A DNA stretch of 64,000 nt from Planctomycetota bacterium (GTDB lineage: Bacteria > Planctomycetota > UBA8742 > UBA2392): the NCBI GenBank assembly GCA_027493625.1, contig JAOSKM010000001.1:2068657-2132656 (forward strand), read 5' to 3'. Below, one piece after another: positions 17,031 through 26,784 of this stretch; positions within the stretch are counted from its first letter, which is position 1, and each line of letters starts with the position of its first letter. The notes under the pieces were generated by a model that was given only the letters and a program-made list of their open reading frames with translations, had not been told where the DNA came from and made no database searches. Both the position numbers and the translations under genes were made by a program.

Positions 17031-18911
17031 TCAGAACTCGTCTTCCTGCGGGCCGTCATCTTCCGGCTTGGGTGGCGGCGATTCGTTCGGGTCCTTGGGC
17101 CCCTCGTAGGGGCGCTCGTCCTTGGGCCAGATCGGCAAGAAGTCGCTGCTGCTACCCGTCTCTTCCGGCGGCATGCGATCCACCGTACAGCCCGGCAGCG
17201 CCTGGCGCAGGGCCTCCACGGCCGCGTCACTGACTTCCGCCTGTGCTTCGTAGCGCCTGCGCTCGCCGCTCTTCATGTCGTACACCACCCGGTACGCCGC
17301 GCTGAAGGTGACGGACTGGAGGCTCTTGATGCCGTGCAGCAGCTTCACGCCAGTATCGCTGACTTCGCGGCACATCCGCAGGTCCAGCACCTCCAGCGGC
17401 ATACCGGCCCTGGCGAGCGCCGCCAGGGCCCCGTCTCCGACGGACTTGCTGTTCGCGAGCGAAACCTCGCGCAGTTGCTTGCAGCCGGCCGCGCCTTCCA
17501 GGCCGTGACCCTGGATGCCGCTGCAGTATTCGATCCGCAGCACCCGCAGCGACGCCAGCGGCGCCAGACCCGCCTTCAATCCTTCATCCGTGAGTCCGTC
17601 GCAGAACGACAACTCCAGCTTCTCCAGCGGGCATTCCGCCAGCGCCGCCAGGCCGGAGCCCGTGAAGGGGCGGTAGTCCTCTTCCCAGCCCGGCCGCGCC
17701 TGGCTCAGTTTGAGATTCCTGAGCTGCTTCATGCCGGCCAGCGCAGCCAGCCCGGCATCGTCGGCGCCGCAGGCCGGGATCACCAGCTCCTCGATCCGCG
17801 ACAGCGCGCCGAGCGCCTGCATTCCTTCCTTGTTAATGCGCCCGTAGCTGCCGCCGCTGCTGCTCCAGCCCCAGCCGGAGCGAAGCCTGAGCACGCGCAG
17901 GGCGGGCGCTTGTCCGAGGTTCGCCCAGTCTTTCTCCTTGATCCCGGCGCTGCTGATCTCGAGCACCTCCAGCGCGGGCAGCCCGGCCAGCACCTTCAGC
18001 GCCAGGCCGGGAACGCCCTTCTGGCCCTGGAGGTCAAGCTCTTTCAGGTGCCGCAAGCCGGAAAGGAAATCGATGCCGATGTCGGAGATGCCTTCGGCGT
18101 CGTTCATGCTCGACAGGTCCAGCTTCTCGAGCGCCGCGAACGTGCCGATGAACTGCATGCCCCAGTCGGTCAGGGCGGTATTGGACAGGCCGAGCACCTT
18201 GAGCTGCTTCAGGGGCGCCAGCAGCTCAAGCCCGTCGTCGATGGGGCCTTTGACTTCATCCAGCACCAGCTCATGCAGGCTGGTCCAGCGCGCGATCGCC
18301 TTGCAGGCCTCGCCGGACAGCTCCCAGCCGGACAGGTCAAGCAGCTGGATCTCCGGCAGCGCGCCCAGCGCCCGCAGGCCGGCGACGCCCAGTGGCGCGA
18401 AACTCTGGAAGGTGCGCGGGATGCGCAGTTCCTGCAGACCCTGCAGCGGCGCGAGCTCGGCGATGCCGGCGTCCGTCACCTCCATGCAGAAGCGCAGGTT
18501 AAGGCGGCGCAGCCTGGTCATTGCGCCGATCGGCTTCATGCCGTCGTCAGTCAGGCCTTCTCCCCATACAATGTGCAGTTCCTCCAGCGCCGGCAGCCGC
18601 GCCGCACCCTTCAGCAGCGCCTCGTGCGCAGCCCCGAAATCCAGCGTCAGACGCCGCACGGTTTTCAGCCCTGCCAGCACGGCCGCGGCTTTTTCGGCGT
18701 CGGCCGGAGTCTCGAGTCGTGCGCCGAAGCGCAACTCTTCCACGCGGGTGAAGCGCTTGAGCGCCTCGAAGCCCCGCAGGTCAAGGCCGCCGCAGCGCAC
18801 CACTCCGGCGTCGTCCGGCAGCGCGGCGAGATCGTCTTTGGGCGCGTCCTGCGCGGAAAGGCTCGCCGCGCAGAGCAGCGCCAGCAGGATCAGGACGGTT
18901 CGATTCCGCAT
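17031..18911 (-). CDS. Secreted leucine-rich repeat (RNI-like) protein
   Basis: Signal MRNRTVLILLALLCAASLSAQ. About 20 LRR units (LRRLNLRFCMEVTDAGIAELAPLQGLQEL...). Pro/Glu-rich C-terminal tail. Confidence 0.8.
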   Translation of the reverse strand: MRNRTVLILLALLCAASLSAQDAPKDDLAALPDDAGVVRCGGLDLRGFEALKRFTRVEELRFGARLETPADAEKAAAVLAGLKTVRRLTLDFGAAHEALLKGAARLPALEELHIVWGEGLTDDGMKPIGAMTRLRRLNLRFCMEVTDAGIAELAPLQGLQELRIPRTFQSFAPLGVAGLRALGALPEIQLLDLSGWELSGEACKAIARWTSLHELVLDEVKGPIDDGLELLAPLKQLKVLGLSNTALTDWGMQFIGTFAALEKLDLSSMNDAEGISDIGIDFLSGLRHLKELDLQGQKGVPGLALKVLAGLPALEVLEISSAGIKEKDWANLGQAPALRVLRLRSGWGWSSSGGSYGRINKEGMQALGALSRIEELVIPACGADDAGLAALAGMKQLRNLKLSQARPGWEEDYRPFTGSGLAALAECPLEKLELSFCDGLTDEGLKAGLAPLASLRVLRIEYCSGIQGHGLEGAAGCKQLREVSLANSKSVGDGALAALARAGMPLEVLDLRMCREVSDTGVKLLHGIKSLQSVTFSAAYRVVYDMKSGERRRYEAQAEVSDAAVEALRQALPGCTVDRMPPEETGSSSDFLPIWPKDERPYEGPKDPNESPPPKPEDDGPQEDEF

Positions 18912-18913
18912 GT

Positions 18914-20857
18914 TCACCTCCGCTCGGGGCCGCCGTTGATGTCGCACCTGGGCAGCAGCGCCTTGAGTTCCTGCACGGCTTCGAGAGTCATGTTGGGCGG
19001 GCGGCCCAGGATGATCCGCCGCAGCGTCGTCATGTTGCCCAGCAGGTGCAGCGACTTGTCGGTCAGCAGCGCGCAGCTCCCTATGTTCAGCATCTCCAGC
19101 TTCATTCGGATGATCTCCGCGATGCCCCCGTCGGTGATGGCGTCGCAGCCGCAGATCTGCAGCTCGACCAGCGTCCCGAGCTTGCCGATGTGCGCCAGGG
19201 CCGCGTCGGTCAGGTCTTCACAGAAGTTCAAGTTCAGCTCACGCAGGCGTTTCAGGGCCGAGAGTCCGGCAAAGGCCTCCGCGGGGATGCCCTGCACGCT
19301 CCACAGTTCCAGGGTCTCCAGGCCGGTGAATCCGCAGATCACCGCCATCCCCTCGGCGCCGGGCTGGCTGGCACCCAGGCTCAGGTGCCGCAGCTTCTTC
19401 AGGCCTGCCAGTCCCTTCACGCCGGCGGCCGTGACCTTGCCGGTGCGCCCGAACTTCAGCGCTTCCAGGTTCTCCAGCGCGCCCAGGGCGGCGATGCCGG
19501 CGTCCCCCACCTTCGGCGCATCGTACAGGTCAAGTTCACGCAGCGAGGCGCACGCGGCCAGAGACTTCAGCCCTTCATCGGTGACCGGCAGGTGTTCGCG
19601 GCCGCGCGGGCTGAGCTGCAGCTTGCGCAGGCGAGGCAGTTTCGCGAGGGCGGCGAGCACGTCGTCGTCCACGATGTCGATGTCTTCAAGGTCGAGCTCT
19701 TCCAGGGTTGCCATGCCGGCCAGTTCCTTGAGCCCCCTGGTGGTGCAGGCGGCCTGGTCCCCTTCGCGCCACTCGCGAGATTGGCCCTGCCAGCTGAAGT
19801 ACATGCCCTGGGAGCCGCCCAGGCTGAGCACCCGCAGGGACGGCGACTTCGCCAGGCCAGCCAGCCCGGTGTCGTCCGCACCGGCGCAACGCCTGGCATG
19901 CAGAACCTTCAGACCGGGCAGTTTCCCCAGATGCGCGAAGCCGGCGCCCGTGCACTGTTCGCAGCCGCCCAGTTGCAGGGTTTCCAGCGTCTTGACCCCG
20001 GACAGATGCTCAAGCCCCGTGTCGCCGATTTTGCTGCCGGAAAGATCCAGTTCTTTCAGCTTGGGGCACCTGGTCAGCCAGCGGATCCCGGAGTCGGTGA
20101 AATTCTCGCAGCCGCCGACATCAAGCACCTCCAGCTCCGGCAGCCGCGACATGCGCGCCAGGAAAGAGTCCGTCACCGCCCTTCCCGTCCCGTCGCCGCT
20201 GATGCCGCTTACATGTATCTCGCGCAGCGTCTGGATCCGGCCCAGCCAGGCCATGCCGGCCGTGCTGACGCCGTCCAGCCACTCGCTGCTTCCGAACGGG
20301 CCGCGCGAGCCGCCGTCGGCGCTGAACCACAGAACGGCCAGGCTTGCGGTTTCCGACAGCGCCTCCAGACAGGCGTCATCGAAGGCGGCGCAGCCATACG
20401 CCACCAGCTCATGCAGCGCCGGCAGCGCCGCGATGCGCTTGAAGGTGGCCGGGCCGACCCAGTCCCGGCCGGAGATGTCGAGGAACTCGAGTTTCTTCAA
20501 GCCATCCAGGCAGGCGGCGGCTTCGTCAGTCAGGACGGCCTTGTTCTCGGAGTAGCTGCTGGAAACATCAAGCCATACCAGGTTGGTCAGCCCGGCCAGG
20601 TACTTCAGCCCGGCCGCCGTGTACGTGGGGTGGGGCGGGTCGCTGTGCGAGATATCGAGCCGCGTGAGTTGCGTGCGCTTCGCCAGCGCCTCCAGGGCCG
20701 CGTCGTCCAGACCGATGCAACGCAGCTCGGTGACGTCCTCCGGCAGCGCCCGGATCTCCGCGGCCGAGGCGACCGTGTGCCACGCCGACGTATCAATGCC
20801 GCGCGCGGCAAGAACGGGCAACAGAAAGGCAAGCGAGAGCAGTGCGAGGGCACGCAT
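18914..20857 (-). CDS. Secreted leucine-rich repeat (RNI-like) protein
   Basis: Signal MRALALLSLAFLLPVLAARG (start 20857). LRR units run throughout (LTRLDISHS, LKELDLSGSKIGDTGLEHL, LRELNLNFCEDLTDAAL). In tandem with the preceding LRR gene. Confidence 0.8.
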   Translation of the reverse strand: MRALALLSLAFLLPVLAARGIDTSAWHTVASAAEIRALPEDVTELRCIGLDDAALEALAKRTQLTRLDISHSDPPHPTYTAAGLKYLAGLTNLVWLDVSSSYSENKAVLTDEAAACLDGLKKLEFLDISGRDWVGPATFKRIAALPALHELVAYGCAAFDDACLEALSETASLAVLWFSADGGSRGPFGSSEWLDGVSTAGMAWLGRIQTLREIHVSGISGDGTGRAVTDSFLARMSRLPELEVLDVGGCENFTDSGIRWLTRCPKLKELDLSGSKIGDTGLEHLSGVKTLETLQLGGCEQCTGAGFAHLGKLPGLKVLHARRCAGADDTGLAGLAKSPSLRVLSLGGSQGMYFSWQGQSREWREGDQAACTTRGLKELAGMATLEELDLEDIDIVDDDVLAALAKLPRLRKLQLSPRGREHLPVTDEGLKSLAACASLRELDLYDAPKVGDAGIAALGALENLEALKFGRTGKVTAAGVKGLAGLKKLRHLSLGASQPGAEGMAVICGFTGLETLELWSVQGIPAEAFAGLSALKRLRELNLNFCEDLTDAALAHIGKLGTLVELQICGCDAITDGGIAEIIRMKLEMLNIGSCALLTDKSLHLLGNMTTLRRIILGRPPNMTLEAVQELKALLPRCDINGGPERR

Positions 20858-21071
20858 GGGCAGCTCCGGACTCCGGTTTCGCCCCGGGGAAGGCGCCATG
20901 AGTGTAGCATTTGAGACACAGGACCGGCGGCATTCCAGGCCGGAAATCGGTTGGCTGCAGGAACCTCGACAAGGCCGGCCCGGTTTATCCGGTGCGGATT
21001 CCGGGCCGCTTGCCATTTGCGCTGCTCGCCAACGGGTCTAGATTGCGGGCAGTGCAACGAAAGGGACAGCC

Positions 21072-23390
21072 TTGAAGATTGTCAGCATTGGCGGCGGGCC
21101 GGCCGGGCTTTACTTCTCGATCCTGATGAAGAAGCAGGACCCCGCGCACGACATCACGGTGATCGAGCGCAACCGGCCTTACGACACCTTCGGCTGGGGC
21201 GTGGTGTTCAGCGACGAAACCCTGGGCGGCTTCGAAGTTGCCGACAAGCCAAGCTACGACCGCATCGTCAACGAGTTCGCCTACTGGCCCGACATCGACA
21301 CCCACATCAAGGGCGAGGTGATCCGCAGCACCGGCCACGGCTTCGCCGGCATGAGCCGCAAGAAGCTGCTGAACATCTTCCAGGCACGCGCCGAGGAACT
21401 GGGCGTGAAGCTGGTGTTCGAAAAGGAAGTCCAGTCGCTGGAGCCCTACAAAGACGCCGACCTGATCCTGGGCGCCGACGGCGTCAACTCCTGGGTGCGC
21501 GAGCACCACAAGCAGTTCTTCCAGCCCGACATCGACTGGCGCAAGTGCAAGTTCTGCTGGCTCGGCGCCGACTTCAGGCTGCCCGCCTTCACCTTCATCT
21601 ACGAGGAAAACGAGCACGGCCTGTTCACCGTGCACGCCTACCCCTTCGAGCAAAACACCAGCACCTGGATCGTCGAGTGCCGCGAGGAAACCTGGAAGAA
21701 AGCCGGGCTCGACAAGGCCGACGAAGCCCAGACCATCGCCTACTGCGAGAAGCTGTTCGCCAAGTACCTGTCTGGCCACAAGCTGCTGGGCAACAAGAGC
21801 GTGTGGCGCACCTTCCCGACCATCCGCAACAAGACCTGGGTGCACGAGAACATCGTGCTGATGGGCGACGCCGCCCACACCGCGCACTTCAGCATCGGCA
21901 GCGGCACCAAGCTGGCGATGGAAGACGCCATCGAGCTCGCGCAGGCGTTTGCCGACAACGGCTGCGAAAACGTCAACGCCACGCTGAAGCTGTACGAGGC
22001 GCGCCGCTGGGTGGACGGCGCCAAGCTGCAGAAGACCGCGCAGACCAGCCTGGAGTGGTTCGAGAACGTCGCGCGCTACTACAAGACCCAGCACCCGGTG
22101 CGCTTCACCTTCAACCAGCTTTCCCGCAGCAAGCGCATCACCTACGACAACCTGAAAATGCGCGACCCGGCCTTCGTCGAGACCGCCACCAACTGGTTCG
22201 CCAAACAGAACCAGTTCCGGGACGTGCGCGTAAAGGCGCCCGCCTACGCCGCCGAAAGCGACGAGCAAACCATCCGCGAGCACTTCGAGCGCGCCGAGCA
22301 GCCCACGGCGCCGCCCGTGTTTCAGCCCTTTCAGCTGCGCGAGATGACACTGGCCAACCGCCTGGTGGTCAGCCCCATGTGCCAGTACAGCAGCGACGAC
22401 GGCTTCCCCAACGACTGGCACATGGTGCACCTGGGCTCGCGCGCGATCGGCGGCGCCGGCCTGCTGTACACCGAGGCCACACACGTCAGCCGCGAAGGCC
22501 GCATCACGCCCGGCTGCGCGGGCATGTACAAACCCGAGCACGCCGCGGCCTGGAAGCGCGTGGTGGACTTCGTGCACGGCTACAGCAAGGCGAAGATCTG
22601 CATGCAGCTCGCGCACGCCGGCCGCAAGGCCAGCACCGACCTGCCCTGGAAAGGCGGCAAGCCGCTGACACGCGAGCAAGGGGCCTGGCAGACCATCGCG
22701 CCCAGCGCCATCCCCTATAAGGAAGGCTGGCACACTCCGAGTGAGATGACCCAGGGCAACATGGACGCCGTGACCGCCCAGTTCGTGCAGTCGGCGAGGT
22801 GGGCCGACGAAGCCGGCTTCGACATGCTCGAGCTGCACTACGCCCACGGCTACCTGATGAGCACCTTCATCAGCCCGCTCACCAACAAGCGCACCGACGG
22901 CTACGGCGGCTCGCTGGAGGCGCGCATGCAGTACCCGCTGGAATGCTTCAAGGCCGTGCGCGCGGCGTGGCCCGCCGGCAAGCCCATGAGCGTGCGCATC
23001 TCGGCGACCGAGTGGCACGAGGATGGCCTGAAAGATGCGGACCTGCTGGAGATCGCGAAGATGCTCAAGGACGCCGGGCTGGACATCCTGGACGTCAGCG
23101 CCGGCCAGGTGGTGCACGAGCAGCAGCCGATTTACGGCCGCATGTTCCAGACGCCGTTCAGCGACCTGATCCGCAACGAGGCGCACATCGCGACCATGAC
23201 GGTGGGCAACGTGCAGACCGTGGACCAGGCCAATACCATATTGCTGGCCGGCCGCGCGGACCTGGTGGTGATGGCGCGCCCGCACCTGTTCGACCCGTAC
23301 ATGATGATCCACGCGGCGGCGGATTACGACTACGACCTGCAGTACTGGCCGCCCCAGTACCTCGCCGCCAAGCCGCGCCCGAAGGCATGA
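21072..23390 (+). CDS. Bifunctional FAD-dependent monooxygenase / Old-Yellow-Enzyme-like FMN oxidoreductase (salicylyl-CoA 5-hydroxylase-type architecture)
   Basis: N-terminal GxGxxG: [16 protein letters not shown] and [25 protein letters not shown]-terminal OYE-like: [14 protein letters not shown]...HAGRKAS...[28 protein letters not shown]. Confidence 0.85.
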   Translation: MKIVSIGGGPAGLYFSILMKKQDPAHDITVIERNRPYDTFGWGVVFSDETLGGFEVADKPSYDRIVNEFAYWPDIDTHIKGEVIRSTGHGFAGMSRKKLLNIFQARAEELGVKLVFEKEVQSLEPYKDADLILGADGVNSWVREHHKQFFQPDIDWRKCKFCWLGADFRLPAFTFIYEENEHGLFTVHAYPFEQNTSTWIVECREETWKKAGLDKADEAQTIAYCEKLFAKYLSGHKLLGNKSVWRTFPTIRNKTWVHENIVLMGDAAHTAHFSIGSGTKLAMEDAIELAQAFADNGCENVNATLKLYEARRWVDGAKLQKTAQTSLEWFENVARYYKTQHPVRFTFNQLSRSKRITYDNLKMRDPAFVETATNWFAKQNQFRDVRVKAPAYAAESDEQTIREHFERAEQPTAPPVFQPFQLREMTLANRLVVSPMCQYSSDDGFPNDWHMVHLGSRAIGGAGLLYTEATHVSREGRITPGCAGMYKPEHAAAWKRVVDFVHGYSKAKICMQLAHAGRKASTDLPWKGGKPLTREQGAWQTIAPSAIPYKEGWHTPSEMTQGNMDAVTAQFVQSARWADEAGFDMLELHYAHGYLMSTFISPLTNKRTDGYGGSLEARMQYPLECFKAVRAAWPAGKPMSVRISATEWHEDGLKDADLLEIAKMLKDAGLDILDVSAGQVVHEQQPIYGRMFQTPFSDLIRNEAHIATMTVGNVQTVDQANTILLAGRADLVVMARPHLFDPYMMIHAAADYDYDLQYWPPQYLAAKPRPKA

Positions 23391-23839
23391 ACATGAACGT
23401 CCCAGTAAAACTCAAACGCCTCCCCCACGGCGAAGGGCTGCCCCTGCCGGCTTACCAGACCGCGCACGCGGCCGGGGCCGACGTGCACGCGGCGCTGGAA
23501 GGGCCGGTGCTGCTGCAGCCGGGGCGGCACGCGCTGGTGCCGACTGGCTTCTGTTACGAGATTCCGCCCGCCTACGAGATGCAGGTGCGCCCGCGCAGCG
23601 GCCTGGCGGCCAAGCACGGGGTGACGGTGCTGAACGCGCCGGGCACGATCGACGCCGACTACCGCGGCGAGCTGAAGGTCTTGCTGATCAACCACGGTCC
23701 CGAGCCATTCGAAATCCAGCGCGGCGAGCGTATCGCCCAGATCATCATCGCCCCCGTCAGCGCGGCGAAGTTCACGGAAGTAAGCGAGCTATCCGACACC
23801 CAGCGCGGCACAGGCGGGTTTGGCAGCACGGGCAAGTAG
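23387..23839 (+). CDS. dut: dUTP diphosphatase
   Basis: [54 protein letters not shown]. The ATGA start overlaps the stop of the upstream gene. Confidence 0.95.
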   Translation: MNMNVPVKLKRLPHGEGLPLPAYQTAHAAGADVHAALEGPVLLQPGRHALVPTGFCYEIPPAYEMQVRPRSGLAAKHGVTVLNAPGTIDADYRGELKVLLINHGPEPFEIQRGERIAQIIIAPVSAAKFTEVSELSDTQRGTGGFGSTGK

Positions 23840-23947
23840 CGCAGGCGCCTCGCCTGCACAGGCCGGGGGCGCCTCGCCCCCGGCACGAGTGGGGCAGGCG
23901 CTCCTGAAAGTCACGTGTGACTTTCAGGCACATCCGCTGCGCGAATC
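23836..23947. repeat. Left arm of a long inverted repeat bracketing the cysteine synthase gene
   Basis: The reverse complement matches 24901-25047 apart from one ~24-nt insertion and scattered mismatches. It contains the palindrome ctgaaagtcacgtgtgactttcag and the hairpin ggccgggggcgcctcgcccccggc. Confidence 0.85.
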
Positions 23948-23959
23948 CTGCGCTACGCT

Positions 23960-24889
23960 CTAGTCCCACAGGCCGGTTGAGTAGTAGCGTTCGCCGGTGT
24001 CGGCGAAGACGGTTACGATGCGGGCTCGCGGCTCGCGCAGGGCCACCTTGGCCGCTACCGCGAGGTTCGCGCCGCTGCTCTGGCCCACGAACACGCCGTT
24101 GCGGGCCAGCACCCGGCAGTAGTCCGCGGCCTCGTCGATGCTCACGTCCACCACCTCGTCCACCAGCGACTCGTCGAAGTTCTTCGGGCGCAGAGCATTG
24201 GGCGAGCGCAGCGGCTTCAAACCCTCGATGCCGGGGAAGTCGTCCGGCATGGCCTGCACCACGCGGATGCGCGGGTCGTATTCCTTCAGGCGCTTGGCGA
24301 TGCCGGTCAGCGTGCCGCCAGTGCCGACGCCCGCGATGAAGTGGGTGATGTCGCCGTGGCTCTGGCGCAGAATCTCCGCGCCCGTGCCGTAGTAGTGGGC
24401 GCGCCAGTTGGCGTCGTTGGAGTACTGGTCCACCAGCAGGTAACGCTCGGGGTGCTGATTCGCCAGCTCGTGGGCGTGGCGCACGGCCTCGTCGTAGCCG
24501 AGCACGGGGTCGGTGAGGATCAGCTCCGCGCCGTGGGCCTTGATGCGCCGCTGCCGCTCCTTGCTGGCGTTGCCGGGCACCACCAGCGTGACGGGGATGC
24601 CTAGGGCCGCGCCGATCATGGCGTAGGCGATGCCGCTGTTGCCGCTGGTGGAATCCAGCACGCGGCGGCCCTGCAGCGTTCCTTCCTCTATTAAGCGAGC
24701 GAGCATGCGCAGCACGGCGCGGTCCTTGATGCTGCCGCCCGGGTTCATCCACTCGGCCTTGGCCTTGATGCTGACGCCGGGGAAGCGGTGCTCCAGCGCG
24801 TTGATCTCAAGCAGCGGCGTGTTGCCGATCAAACCCAGCGCCGGGATGCGGCGGGTGATTTCATAGAGGGTGTCGGTTTTGGTTTTCAT
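23960..24889 (-). CDS. Cysteine synthase (PLP-dependent, CysK/CysM family)
   Basis: NPGGSIKDRA (PLP Lys), TSGNSGIAYA, GVGTGGTLTG. Confidence 0.9.
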   Translation of the reverse strand: MKTKTDTLYEITRRIPALGLIGNTPLLEINALEHRFPGVSIKAKAEWMNPGGSIKDRAVLRMLARLIEEGTLQGRRVLDSTSGNSGIAYAMIGAALGIPVTLVVPGNASKERQRRIKAHGAELILTDPVLGYDEAVRHAHELANQHPERYLLVDQYSNDANWRAHYYGTGAEILRQSHGDITHFIAGVGTGGTLTGIAKRLKEYDPRIRVVQAMPDDFPGIEGLKPLRSPNALRPKNFDESLVDEVVDVSIDEAADYCRVLARNGVFVGQSSGANLAVAAKVALREPRARIVTVFADTGERYYSTGLWD

Positions 24890-24900
24890 GGCGATTTCTC

Positions 24901-25047
24901 CGTAGCGCAGGATTCGCGCGGCGAATGGCCCTGAAAGTCACCTGTGACTTTCAGGAGGGCCTGCCCCGGGCGCGGGCACCTTGCCCGCGCCACTCGTGCC
25001 GGGGGCGAGGCGCCCCCGGCCTGTGCAGGCAAGGTGCCTGCGCTACG
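24901..25047. repeat. Right arm of the inverted repeat bracketing the cysteine synthase gene
   Basis: cgtagcgcaggattcgcgc...ctgaaagtcacctgtgactttcag...ccgggggcgaggcgcccccggcctgtgcaggc...cctgcgctacg. It lies in the 153-nt gap between the JAMM gene stop and the cysteine synthase start. Confidence 0.85.
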
Positions 25048-25459
25048 TCAAACATCGCACCTCTTCGGGTGCGAATTGCTCGCCCCATAGTTCAAACGAC
25101 AGGAAGTCGGCAACCTTTCCGGTTTTCACCGAGACGATCACGTAGCTGTAGCCTTCCCAGGCCTGCTGGCGGTCTGTTTCGCTGGGCTGGGCCGGGTGGT
25201 CCGGGTGGCTGTGGTAGATGCCGATGATGTCGAGGCCCTGTTCGCGCGCCTGCCGGTCGATGCGCATGTAGTCTTTGGGGTCCAGCGTGAAGCGGTCGTG
25301 GGCGCGCTCGGTGTTCAGGTTGCCCGTGCGGTGGGCCGAAACGCCCTCGCGCGTGCTGCCGTCGGCACGACCAACGATCACGCCGCAAGCCTCGTGCGGA
25401 TAGGCCTCAACAGCGTGGGCTTCAATGTGGGCCCGGATGGCGGGCGTAAGAGTCAGCAT
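25043..25459 (-). CDS. JAMM/MPN+ family metallopeptidase (Mec+-like)
   Basis: EACG...GIYHSHPDHPAQPSETD (JAMM motif E...HxHx7Sx2D). Located immediately upstream of the cysteine synthase gene on the same strand. Confidence 0.85.
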   Translation of the reverse strand: MLTLTPAIRAHIEAHAVEAYPHEACGVIVGRADGSTREGVSAHRTGNLNTERAHDRFTLDPKDYMRIDRQAREQGLDIIGIYHSHPDHPAQPSETDRQQAWEGYSYVIVSVKTGKVADFLSFELWGEQFAPEEVRCLT

Positions 25460-25663
25460 GGGAATCGTCCGAACAGAACCAACAACGTTGAGTCAACCAG
25501 CGCAGGCCGGTTAGCGACAACAACAGTTGCTCGGACGCATGAACATGGGCGGAAATCCTAACGGCCGTGACGGGCGCGTCAAGCAGTCATTCGATGTAAA
25601 ACGTACTGCAACTGCCTGTCTCACGCGAAGGCGCCAAGCCGCCAAGAAATGCAACTGCGTTTT

Positions 25664-25950
25664 GTCAGGATGGGCAGGAGTGAACGGGACGCTGAACAGC
25701 ATCTGACCCATTAACTGATCAGCTGCAAAAACATGTTAACCACGAAGAGCCACGAAGAACCACGAAGCAAAGCATGATCCGCCGTTCTTCGTGGCCCTTG
25801 GTGGCGCTTCGTGGTTCACCGCACTTGCTTTTGATCAGAAGTTTCTTTCAAGTTTCAGGGCTAATGCAGAGATCAGTGGCTGCCTCCGCCGGTATTGCTG
25901 GCGGACAATCCGCCACGAACAGCGTCCTTTTCATTCCTGTCCATCCTGAC
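25664..25950. repeat. MITE-like nested inverted repeat with CACGAAG-decamer hairpin core
   Basis: The 32-nt arms 25664-25695 and 25919-25950 match at 27/32 positions in inverted orientation. Inner hairpin at 25741-25817: ccacgaagagccacgaagaaccacgaag...cttcgtggcccttggtggcgcttcgtgg. Confidence 0.7.
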
Positions 25951-25990
25951 CAACTGCAGAGTTTGGTGGCTGGGCGCGAGGCCGCCATTC

Positions 25991-26737
25991 TTAGCCGCCG
26001 TTTGAGATTTCGCCCGGCACCCACTCGCCTTCGATCAGCAGCTCGTGGGGCTGGTACTGGCGCTTGTAGTCCATGGTGGGGCAGCCCTCGATCCAGTAAC
26101 CGAGATAGTACCAGGTGATCTTCTTTTCGCGGCACAGCTCGATCTCTTTCAGCACGCTGTAGACGCCCAGGCTGCGGCGGTGCTCGTCGGGGTCGAAGAA
26201 GTGGTACACGCTGCTGATGCTGCGCTTGCTCACGTCGCAGATGCTTACCGCCAGCAGCTTGTCGCGCGCGTCGCGGTACTCGATCTCCACGGTCGCCACG
26301 CAGCTCGAGTACAGGAATTCCCGCATGCTCTCCAGGTCTTCGCCCTGCGGGCTTTCCCGGTGCTGGGCGCGCAGGTAGCGCTTGTACACGTCGTGCTTCT
26401 CGGCCGTCAGCTCGGGCTCGTGCACGAACATGCGCACGTCCTGGTTGCGGCTCAGCGCGCGGCGCTGGCTGCGAGTCGGTTGAAAGCCTTCAACCGGCAC
26501 GCGGATCGGCACGCACTTGCGGCAACTGGCGCAGGCGGTGCGGTACAGGATGTTGCCGCTGCGGCGGAAGCCGCGGTCCATCAGCTCGTGGTACGCGGCC
26601 GGCGAGATCTGCCAGACCAGCCAGGCCTCTTCCGTGGCGGCGCGGCGCGGCAGGTAGGAACAGTCATGGCTGTGGCGCCCCAGGGGCACCGAGTGCGGGC
26701 CGATCAGCGCTTCGACACTCAGCCGGTGGCTGGTCAT
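25991..26737 (-). CDS. bpt: Arginyl/leucyl-tRNA--protein transferase (Bpt/ATE family)
   Basis: CSYLP...YHELMDRGFRRSGNILYRTACASCRKCVPIRV...FQPTRSQRR...YLGYWI. The ORF extends to 26788; the M at 26737 is the more likely start. Confidence 0.85.
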   Translation of the reverse strand: MTSHRLSVEALIGPHSVPLGRHSHDCSYLPRRAATEEAWLVWQISPAAYHELMDRGFRRSGNILYRTACASCRKCVPIRVPVEGFQPTRSQRRALSRNQDVRMFVHEPELTAEKHDVYKRYLRAQHRESPQGEDLESMREFLYSSCVATVEIEYRDARDKLLAVSICDVSKRSISSVYHFFDPDEHRRSLGVYSVLKEIELCREKKITWYYLGYWIEGCPTMDYKRQYQPHELLIEGEWVPGEISNGG

Positions 26738-26784
26738 ACAACCATTATACCCGCACGCCGCCGACCGCCAGATCGCGGCCGCGA

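Noticed and set aside
13950-20555. A 2201-aa plus-strand ORF, with similar very long ORFs elsewhere. Examples are 4083..5939 (-), 6335..8110 (-), 2768..3850 (-), 20985..23312 (-), 31276..33195 (-), 36364..38676 (+), 41..41872 (+) and 56905..58338 (-).
   Set aside because: These are antisense shadows of well-supported genes in GC-rich DNA, where stop codons are rare. Their translations are Arg/Ala/Gly/Pro-rich, contain no recognisable motifs, and overlap motif-bearing genes on the opposite strand.
25460-25990. A possible small ORF (25511..25711, 66 aa) as the missing CysO-like carrier.
   Set aside because: It has no beta-grasp-like sequence and no C-terminal Gly-Gly. It lies inside a repeat-rich region.
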